Positions 1 to 8,255 of a DNA stretch of 23,026 nucleotides are shown here, piece by piece. The stretch is taken from NCBI RefSeq assembly GCF_006345805.1, contig NW_021836713.1, forward strand, positions 1 through 23,026, read 5' to 3'. The notes below the pieces were generated by a model. That model did not search any database and was not told the DNA's origin. It saw nothing but the letters and a program-made list of their open reading frames with translations. A program made the position numbers and the translations under genes. Origin of the DNA: Octopus sinensis (lineage: Eukaryota). How positions within the stretch are numbered: position 1 is the stretch's first letter; every line of letters starts with the position of its first letter.

Positions 1-117
1 CCTTGGTTTGGATGGTGGATGCCTGGGTGATGCAAGGGTGTCATCTTCCACGAATAGTAGGGAATCACTAACAAATGGTGAATGGATCACCGCACTGTTA
101 CAGCGCATGACGTAACA

Positions 118-1230
118 AACACTGCTCGGAATATCCAACCAAGTTTTGATCCAAGAGACCGCAAACCAACGAACATCGTGCAGCAACAAACGTTGAAGAA
201 AGTTCATAATGGAACCGAAAGCCTTAAGAATGAGAAATGCCGTTGAGAACTCTCTGTGAATCATAGCCAGGTGTTATAGGACAACTAAATGTAGTTCTAC
301 AGTTGTTCAACTGTCGTTCTACAAAAAAATCACCGTATAACACGATTTTTATCCTTTGGTTGCAATTGTGTTTTCTATTTGCTTACCCCTAGAAAGTTTG
401 AAAAATGGTTGATATATCCTTCAAACTTTGCTTTTATTACATTTATTTAAACCCTAAATAATTCCTATCAACACATGGCTATGCTGATCCTCCACCTGCT
501 CCTGAAGCCATTAACGGAATACCGAAGTGGTTAAGGTCAAACAACTGACAAGCAAATGTGTGATATTGAGCAGAATATTTGCTATAACGAGATTGTTGCT
601 TCAGGAACTCAACGCTGATCTATCTGAAATATAATGGACAATAGGTCAGTTCCAAAACATTGTTGTCCAAGTCACAAAAACAAAATTTGAAGTGAATAGT
701 AGTCATTTCCTTTGATTTCTAGATAGACTGAAATAGCAAATAATTCTTTTGACCAAAGGCAAAAAATATAAAAACACAGTGTAATATGAATAATAGAAAG
801 GAAAACAATCTTCTTTACAGATTTTGTTTGTTACACAAAACTGAAACACAAAAGTTCCATCTTTTTGAAAGCATTGTGTCATGCGACAAAAATATATTCT
901 ATACAACAGACGTTGTTTCAAGACGTGTTTGACCAATGAGAAGCACCAAAGTACTATTCAAAAACGCAGCTGCAGAAAATCTATGTTATAATTCCTATTT
1001 GTATGTCTCCGTATGGAACGATACACTACTAGTTCCTGAATCCTTGCAACACCATCATACCAGTGAAGTGTTGCTATGAAATCATACAATAAAATTGGAG
1101 TTGGCAAGATCTGCAATATATACGTCAATATAGGTCAATCGAATATTTGAGGTTCTTCTCCATCACAATCACCTCCAATATATTTTACAAAGGAAATAAA
1201 CAATAAAGATTTGTGATGCAAATACACAAT
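118..1230 (+). mobile_element. Heavily decayed Hsmar1/cecropia-like mariner transposase remnant, interrupted at about 290-585
   Basis: Manual translation across frameshifts gives TARNI..F.P..N..VQ...KK..NGTESLKNEKCR (121-243), QELNAD (~602), FEV (~686), FESIVSCDKNIFY (~864-902), DQ*EAPKYYSKTQLQK..GTIHY*FLNPCNTI (~931-1057) and EVLLH (~1149). These are collinear with Hsmar1-type motifs (TTRNINNAFG, ESLEDEERSGRP, EELNVD, RIVTCDEKWILY, EEAPKHFPKPNL, LIHYSFLNPGETI, YEVLPH). No TIRs recognised. Confidence 0.75.
445..590 (+). repeat. Degraded partial copy of the interspersed element at 17495-18046, inverted relative to it
   Basis: ggttaaggtcaaacaactgacaagcaaatgtgtgatattgagcagaatatttgct (~528-585) is the reverse complement of ~17603-17660 with few mismatches. 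aatcctatcaacacatggctatg also matches the reverse of ~17720-17745. Confidence 0.8.
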
Positions 1231-1458
1231 TTTCAGCAGGTAGCTTTAATCAGTTTTTTTTTATTCGGTGGCCGTAATTTTTGCGTTCTTCCAGTTTTAG
1301 AGGAGGTTCTTTGAGTCTCTACAAAAGACAACGTCATTAATAACGAAGCTGCAGATGGAAATGCCTTTAATTAATCGGTTCAGAAATATATTTGCTCCTC
1401 GAACAAATATGACATTTTGCTTGTTGTTAAAAGTGCGTAGATTCTAACATATTATTTG

Positions 1459-2031
1459 TTGTATAAGTCTAAGTTGAAATATATATATACTCATATATAT
1501 ACTTCCCTTCACAAATACTGATAGGGCACAGATAGTGTGTCTATAGCCAGCTGGAGGAGATATCTTCCTGGGGCTACAAACTACAGTAGCATCCATCCTT
1601 AGGGGTTAGCCATATTCAAATGGCAAATATGCGTCACGATGTGTTACCGCTACTGTTTATAACTCGCTCTGAGATTTATCATGGTTTCATTTCACTTTTT
1701 CAATATCAGTGTCAATCGACACTTGAAAATGTATATGTATTTGTGAGGGAAACTGAATTCTCGTCGACAACTATGATTGTCACACGCTGATGATAGGTAA
1801 ACACCTTGAAACTTGAGTCCATGTGTATCCTAAGTTGAAGACGGGAAGGATGACTTCCCTTCACAAATACTGATAGGCCACAGATAGTGTGTCTATAGCC
1901 CAGGGAGGAGATATCTCCTGGGGCTACAAGCTACAGTAGCATCCACTTAGGGGTAGCCATATTCAAATGGCAAATATGCGTCACGATGTGTTACCGCTAC
2001 TGATTATAACTCTCTCTGAGATTTATCATTG
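1459..2031 (+). mobile_element. Retrozyme-like or Penelope pLTR-like 1.5-mer tandem unit (~352-361 bp) carrying a hammerhead
   Basis: 1501-1685 is repeated at 1853-2031 (offset 352), and ctaagttgaa occurs at 1469 and 1830. A hammerhead fold (1781-1825) sits at the unit junction, and the unit has many internal hairpins. Confidence 0.6.
1772..1833 (+). ncRNA. Type I minimal hammerhead ribozyme (candidate, possibly mutated)
   Basis: Stem I CACACG 1781-1786 / CAUGUG 1820-1825 (5 of 6 pairs); core CUGAUGA 1787-1793; stem II AGGU-AAAC-ACCU 1795-1806 flanked by U1794 and U1807; GAAA 1808-1811; helix III C-UUGA-G 1812-1817; GUC triplet 1817-1819. Predicted cleavage is 1819/1820. Confidence 0.72.
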
Positions 2032-2032
2032 T

Positions 2033-2101
<69 letters not shown>

Positions 2102-2127
2102 GTATATATATATGTATAGGTTTACGT

Positions 2128-2369
2128 GACAGAATCACTCTCAATCCACTCAATCATCATTGAATGACATTATCCACAATAGGTACATATAGGAGTAAAT
2201 ATTGAAATTATCAAAATTAATACTTACAATTCTTATTTCAAATCAAATACTTTACATTATAAGAAATTATAAGGTATTAATTTTGATAATTTTAATATTT
2301 AGTCCTATATGTATCTATTGTGGATAATGTCATTTAATGACGATTGAGTTGCTGGAGGGGGATTCTGTC
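2128..2369. repeat. Foldback palindrome (MITE-like), ~110-bp arms with a ~22-nt loop
   Basis: gacagaatc..actcaatcatcattgaatgacattatccacaataggtacatataggagtaaatattgaaattatcaaaattaatacttacaattcttat pairs with ataagaaattataaggtattaattttgataattttaatatttagtcctatatgtatctattgtggataatgtcatttaatgacgattgagt..gattctgtc, with scattered mismatches. Confidence 0.85.
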
Positions 2370-2505
2370 TCTTAAACATATCTAATAAATGTATATAAGA
2401 CAGTGACTAATTCATTTTAGTACCACCCCTCTCCTCTGTGGAGTCAGAAATAAATTCCCTAATACACATACACACACACAAACACACACACACACGCGCA
2501 TATAT

Positions 2506-2539
<34 letters not shown>

Positions 2540-2632
2540 CGTATATGCATACATATATTTATATGTGTATATATATTATATATCATATATATACATACAT
2601 ACATATATATATTATATATATATATATATATA

Positions 2633-3382
2633 TACTAAGTAATTAAGGGTTTAGCAACGATTGCCTCACCACACACCGAATTTAGAAATAGCAGTCAAAG
2701 AGTTATAGCTATTCTTTCTACTAAAAGGGAGATCTCAGTAGAACCGCAGCACTTGAAAGGCAAAACCAGGACAGGCAGAGAGAGAAGGAAATGACGGCAA
2801 TCTATCATACAATTTTAAGTCACCTACGGACGTACGTTTCGAAATTAAGTTTAGGAAAGCATAAGAATTAGATAATTATGACTTACCCAACTTCTTTTCG
2901 CATCAGCGTAGGACACTACAATTATGAATAATTATATATTAAATTTCGAGATACTAGAAGGCATCATATCAACTCAGTATCAGAGCGAGCTAAAACCGTT
3001 ACCAGTATCACCAAATTCAAAATGTGAATGAAAGTTTGTGTCACCAACCCCTTCACACCAGCGTGTAGCCAAGACAAGATGTTGCGGTCATTTACTGGGA
3101 TGAAATATGGTTATCAGTAATAATATAGGGTGAAATTAATTAATTTGGAATAATCATTAATTTCACCAAGTAGATTTCCCTTTTAGTAGAAAGAATAGCT
3201 ATAACTCTTTGACTGCTATTTCTAAATTCGGTGAGTGTGGTGAGGCAAATCGTTGCTAAACTCTTAATTACTTAGTATTACTTAAACTTTCCTCGAATGA
3301 GGCTTTTACATGCCGAAATCTACTTGGTGAAATAATGATTATTCCAAATTAATTATTTCACCCTATATTATTACTGATAACC

Positions 3383-3386
<4 letters not shown>
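2633..3386 (-). mobile_element. Non-autonomous element with interleaved inverted repeats and an internal hammerhead-like motif (Penelope-derived candidate)
   Basis: 2633-2735 is the inverse of 3172-3277, and 3105-3176 is the inverse of 3316-3386. A hammerhead fold lies on the minus strand at 2816-2917. Both flanks are (TA)n. Confidence 0.65.
2816..2917 (-). ncRNA. Type I hammerhead-like ribozyme with long stem II and an A9-to-C core substitution
   Basis: Minus strand reads CCUACG (2912-2907), CUGAUGC (2906-2900), a 59-nt hairpin starting GAAA and ending UUUC (2899-2841), GAAA (2840-2837), C-GUAC-G palindromic helix III, GUC (2831-2829), then CGUAGG (2828-2823). Stem I is a perfect 6 bp, extended by AGU/ACU after a 2x2 internal loop. 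Confidence 0.68.
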
Positions 3387-3453
<67 letters not shown>

Positions 3454-3466
3454 AAACATATATATA

Positions 3467-3507
<41 letters not shown>

Positions 3508-3509
<2 letters not shown>

Positions 3510-4022
3510 GGATCTTCAAGACGTCTCTCCGCAATAAGTATTTCATTGCCAAATAAATATTTTTAAGATGGCATAAGGCTACAAAAGAATATATTAGACT
3601 TTACAAGACTTTAAAAGACTTTATAAGGTGTTGAAAGTGTCGTCGTTCATTTTCAATACATACGTTGACTCTTCTCCACGTTTTGAAATACAAATTCGAG
3701 AATCAGGCGCGGTATGGAACAAGTGAAGGTTATGATTGCGTATCTTAGCTCATTAATGGTTTTCGGGCGATTCTCGTACACTGATTCTTTACTTGCTCCC
3801 TGGAAAAAGAAATCTGGCGGTGTTAATCAGCTGATCTTGGTGGCCAAATTTCCTTCGAAATAATCCATTCAGCAAAAATCTCTTCAAGGAGCGGCATGGT
3901 GATGCTCGAAGTATGTCCTTTAATTCCATCTTGCAGAAAGTGTGCATTTCACGTTCAGTGAGTTGGCCTACAAATGGCTAGACAATATTTGAGCACTGCA
4001 GAGAGACTTTTTGAACACCCTG
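3508..4022 (-). mobile_element. Internally deleted Tc1/mariner (ITm) element with both TIRs and the transposase C-terminus
   Basis: Imperfect ~28-bp TIRs: caggatcttcaagacgtctctccgcaat (3508-3535) and the reverse of 3995-4022 (cagggtgttcaaaaagtctctctgcagt). Minus translation of ~3945-3622 gives FLQDGIKGHT..IISKEIWPPRSAD/LTPPDFF..VYENRPKTINEL..IENERRHFQHL with one frameshift. D-D spacing is about 38; the WPPRSPDLTPPDFF-type motif resembles the rosa/DD41D-like group. Confidence 0.85.
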
Positions 4023-4029
4023 TGTGTGC

Positions 4030-4074
<45 letters not shown>

Positions 4075-4180
4075 AAATATAATATATTTATTTATATATA
4101 TATATATACTATATATATATATCTATATATAATATATATATATATATTATATATATATATATAGATATATATATTATATA

Positions 4181-4231
<51 letters not shown>

Positions 4232-4233
<2 letters not shown>

Positions 4234-4551
4234 CGACAGTTGGCTTAGTGGTTAGGCCATTGGGCTCACGATCGAAAGGTCATGATTTCAATTCCCGGCG
4301 ACGCGCTGTGTCCTTGAGCAAGACACTTTATTTCACGTTGCTCTAGTCCACTCACCTGGCAAAAATGAGTTGTACCTGTATTTCAAGTGGCCGGCCTTGT
4401 CACACTGTGTCATGCTGAACTTCCCTGAGAACTACGTTAAGAGTACACGTGTCTATGGAGTACTCAGCCACTTGCACGTTAATTTCACGAACAAACTGTT
4501 CCGTTGATCGTATCAGCTGTGATCCTCGTCATCGTAACCGACGAAGTTCTT
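4232..4551 (+). mobile_element. tRNA-headed SINE (head H1 + tail T1)
   Basis: A box tggcttagtggtt and B-box-like atttcaattccc, followed by tgtgtccttgagcaagacactt. The head matches 13114-13434; the tail from ~4369 (gttgtacctgtatttc...) matches 22121-22320 inverted. Confidence 0.85.
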
Positions 4552-5404
4552 CTTTATATATATATATGTGGGGGGGGGGGTGTTTGTGGTGTGTGTGTTT
4601 ATATACACACACACAGAATATATATTTATAATGTAGTAATGCTTCAACAAGCAGAAAAGCACTTGATCAGCTAATATATTACAGATAAATAAATATTTCG
4701 ATCAAGAAACCTTGTAGTTCCTTTCGTTATAACGTATATGTATGTAGGTATGTATATATACCACAAAAATATAGGTACATATGTTGCTTTAAATTTCGTA
4801 GCTAAATTCAACAAAATTGTTTATCGCGTATGTAGTGTGTCTATGTGCCCTTCACATTGGTCAGAGAGTATGTCGTAGACATACAGAGAGAAAGAGAAAG
4901 AGAGAGAGAGGGAGGAGGGAGAGTGTGTATGCAAATGTTGAAGTAGGGTTACATATATATGGGTATTATGTAGCTATGTATGTTTAACATATAGACTAAC
5001 AGAGAAAGAAATATACACGTGTATAATTATATACAATTACAAGCACGCATACACAATGAATTACACATATACGTACAAATACATTACTGTATATACATAT
5101 GTTGTATGCGCATGCGTATGTGTGTGTGTGTGTGTAAGTGTGTTCGGGAAAGCGTACGATGGCGATGGGAATGGAGAGACTGCAGGAGTTGATCTATAAT
5201 TTTAATAGTTGGAAATTAAATTGTGATGTAAATTTTTATTGATGCCTCAGAGAAAATGAAATGTTGCCCCTACACGCCACCGCCACTCCCATCGCACACC
5301 AACACTGGAATCCAATTATTCTTTTGGAGATTGGCTCTGAGACAAGACGTGCCAGATGGCGTCACATGGGCCATAACATTAAGGGTCGCTCGCGCTTATT
5401 GACT

Positions 5405-5508
5405 TTTCAATAACAACAACAGCAACAACAACGACAGCAACAACAGCAGCGATAACATCATCAATAATAATAATAATAGCAAAATTAATTATGACGATGA
5501 GGACGATT

Positions 5509-5560
<52 letters not shown>

Positions 5561-5582
5561 CGACGACGACGACGACGATAAT
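5405..5582. repeat. Compound trinucleotide microsatellite (CAA/CAG)n-(TAA)n-(GAT)n-(GAC)n
   Basis: Read directly from the sequence. Confidence 0.95.
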
Positions 5583-5654
5583 GCACTACAAAACTCATTA
5601 AGTACATAGCGTCATTGACACTGCTACAAGTAAATACACACACTTTGCGTAGCT

Positions 5655-5787
5655 CTCACTTATGTATGTGTGTGTGTGTATGTTTGTGTGTACTCATGTA
5701 TATATGTATACATATATGTCTGTGAGTGTGCGTTATGTCACATCTGTGCGTGTATATATATATATATAATATATTATATATAGATAT

Positions 5788-5818
<31 letters not shown>

Positions 5819-5965
5819 TATATATATTGTATACATATAAGCATATTATATATACATATACATAAAGATATGTGTGTGTATGTATATGTGTGTGTTTATG
5901 CATATATATATATATATATACATGTATATATGTGTATATATATATATATATATGTAGTATATATA

Positions 5966-5997
<32 letters not shown>

Positions 5998-6210
5998 GTA
6001 TACACGCGCACGCATATGTTTGTATAAATATATACATTTGTATACCTATGTCCTATAAACATATATTTATTATGTATATATATACAATATATATTACGTG
6101 TATATACATATATGTATATATATATATATATGTATGTATATATATATATGTAAGTATGTATGTATGTATGTATGTATGTATGTATGTATGTATGTATGCA
6201 TGTATGTATA
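5655..6210. repeat. Compound (TA)n/(TG)n/(TATG)n microsatellite. Similar tracts lie at about 2033-2115, 2460-2633, 3383-3507, 4022-4231, 7620-7832, 9526-9732, 10295-10543, 16000-16430, 19640-19983 and 22800-23010
   Basis: Read directly from the sequence. These tracts generate the YI/IY/VC-rich ORFs in the track. Confidence 0.95.
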
Positions 6211-6409
6211 GAAACCTCTTATAAGCAGAAACCATTCGTGTCTCTATTTGCCAATATTCCAATCTAGTTTATAGAAACACTACAGTCATTCCCTTTTCAT
6301 CCTTTAGGGCACAACAGCTGCTGTCCTAGCTTCCCAAGAAGAAAACTAATTTGGTGACGTTTCTCAGTAGAGTTTCTTGGAGAAGAAGAACTCGAAAAAT
6401 TCTAATTAT

Positions 6410-6824
6410 GCGCAGGAGTGGATGTGTGGTAAGTAGCTTGCTAACCAATCACATGGTTCCGGGTTCAGTCCCATTGCGTGGCATCTTGGGCAAGTGTCTT
6501 CTGCTATAGCCCCGGGCCGACCAATGCCTTGTGAGTGGATTTGGTAGACGGAAACTGAAAGAAGCCTGTCGTATATATGTATATATATATGTGTGTGTGT
6601 ATGTGTTTGTGTGTCTGTGTTTGTCCCCCTAGCATTGCTTGACAACCGATGCTGGTGTGTTTACGTCCCCGTTACTTAGCAGTTCGGCAAAAGAGACCAA
6701 TAAAATAAGTACTCGGCTTACAAAGAATAAGTCGCGGGGTCGATTTGCTCGACTAAAAGGCGGTGCTCCAGCATGACCGCAATCAAATGACTGAAACAAG
6801 TAAAAGAGTAAAACAAAAAGAGTA
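6410..6824 (+). mobile_element. Full-length SINE family S copy (tRNA-like head, internal TA/TG microsatellite, gtaaaagagtaaa tail)
   Basis: High identity to 21450-21866 over its whole length. Head reads gtggatgtgtggtaag..ggttccgggttcagtccc..cttgggcaagtgtctt. Confidence 0.9.
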
Positions 6825-6985
6825 TGATAACCCTGCAAACGTCAAATATAAAATATTCCTTCTTTGATACAGTATAATATCTCAGATGTGTAGACGAAAC
6901 TCAAAAAAAATTAATCTGCAATAACTATGTCCATTTATATAGAAATGTAATAAACGTGTTGAAGTATTTTATAGTAAGACTAGAC

Positions 6986-7335
6986 GTGGCTGTGTGGTTA
7001 AAGAAGCATGTTTTGCTACTACATGTTTTCGGGTTCATTTCTACTACGAGGCGATTTGGGAAAGTACCTTCTTCTATTGTCATTGACTGACCAATTCCTT
7101 GCGAGTGAATTTGATACACAGAAAATGTGTGAGAGCCTGTCTTCTACACACATGCCCGTGTGTGTATGAGTCTGTTTGTGTGCGTCTGTGTGTTCCACTA
7201 CGACTTGACAACCGGTGTTCTTTTTTTTACCTCTCGGTAACACGTAGCGCTTCAGCAAATTTGGATCGATAGAACAAGTACCAAGCGTCTATCTTTTCCA
7301 CTAAACCCTTGCAGATGATGCCCCAGCATGGAAGG
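6986..7335 (+). mobile_element. Degraded family S SINE
   Basis: gtggctgtgtggtt..ttcgggttcatt..tttgggaaagtaccttcttctat..cttgacaaccggtg..ccccagcatgg is collinear with 6410-6824. Confidence 0.8.
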
Positions 7336-7342
7336 TTTAAAG

Positions 7343-7605
7343 CCTTGAGAGTAGATTTGGTAGACGGAAACTGAAAGAAGCCCGTCGTATGTATAAGTGT
7401 ATGTGTTTGTGTGTCTGTGTTTGTCCCCCCAACATCGCTTGACAACCGGCGCTGGTGTGTTTAGTCCCCGTAACCAAGCGGTTTAGCAAAAAAGACCGAT
7501 AGAATAAGCACTAGGCTTACAATAAATCCTGGGGTCGATTTGTTCGACTAAAAGCGGTGCACCAGCATGGCCGCAGTCAGATGACTGAAACGAGATAAAA
7601 CAATA
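7343..7605 (+). mobile_element. 5'-truncated family S SINE in tandem with the preceding copy
   Basis: gagtagatttggtagacggaaactgaaagaagcc...gcggtgcaccagcatggccgcagtcagatgactgaaac matches the 3' two-thirds of 6410-6824. Confidence 0.88.
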
Positions 7606-7704
7606 AAATAATATACATAATACTTACACACACACACACACATATATATATCTATGTATGTATGTATAAATATGTATATATATATGTATATATATGTATA
7701 TATG

Positions 7705-7736
<32 letters not shown>

Positions 7737-7762
7737 TATGTACATATATATATATATATATA

Positions 7763-7833
<71 letters not shown>

Positions 7834-7903
7834 GTACACCGGAGTAAACACGTAAATGTGAAACAAGGTGGAAAAAGAGTACTCAAATACCAGTGGTAGA
7901 GTA

Positions 7904-7962
7904 ATATGCTTTATTTAAAGCAACAGAAAATTGAATTTTCTGCTGCTTTAAATAAAGTATAT
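7904..7962. repeat. Near-perfect palindrome (24-bp core arms, 1-nt spacer)
   Basis: ctttatttaaagcaacagaaaatt (7909-7932), g, aattttctgctgctttaaataaag (7934-7957), with one mismatch. It extends to atat at each end. Confidence 0.9.
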
Positions 7963-8255
7963 ATATAGTAGAAATATGTTACGAAAAGGAAATATAAAAT
8001 ACACGTGGAAATGTAAGGGTAAAGTATGAAAAATCAACGAAAATGCATATTGCAGATAGAAAAAGGCTATCTATGACAGGTAGCGACAAATATATACATT
8101 TAGATTGACTGAGGTAGTAATACGAGTCATAAAGGTCATTATTATGAAATGATTATAAGAAGTTAATAATAATAAAGTAAGAGACCGAAACGAACCAATT
8201 GGTTTGCGCGTGGGATATTCATCGTTTGAACAACACCGGTTAATAAACATATGTA

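Noticed and set aside
1-273. Open minus-strand frame running off the window (MIHREF..MNFLQRLLLHDVRWF..PPSKPR) as a host exon
   Set aside because: The plus strand over ~118-290 is a decayed mariner N-terminus, so the antisense frame is most likely incidental. No recognisable domain.
8110-8131. tgaggtagta matches the first 10 nt of let-7
   Set aside because: The rest does not match let-7 (ggttgtatagtt) and there is no precursor hairpin.
8120-8215. ggtc...gacc-gaaac followed by a palindrome (aaccaattggtt), hammerhead-like 3' half
   Set aside because: No CUGANGA core precedes the stem and there is no proper UH triplet. At best it is an unrecognisably decayed relic.
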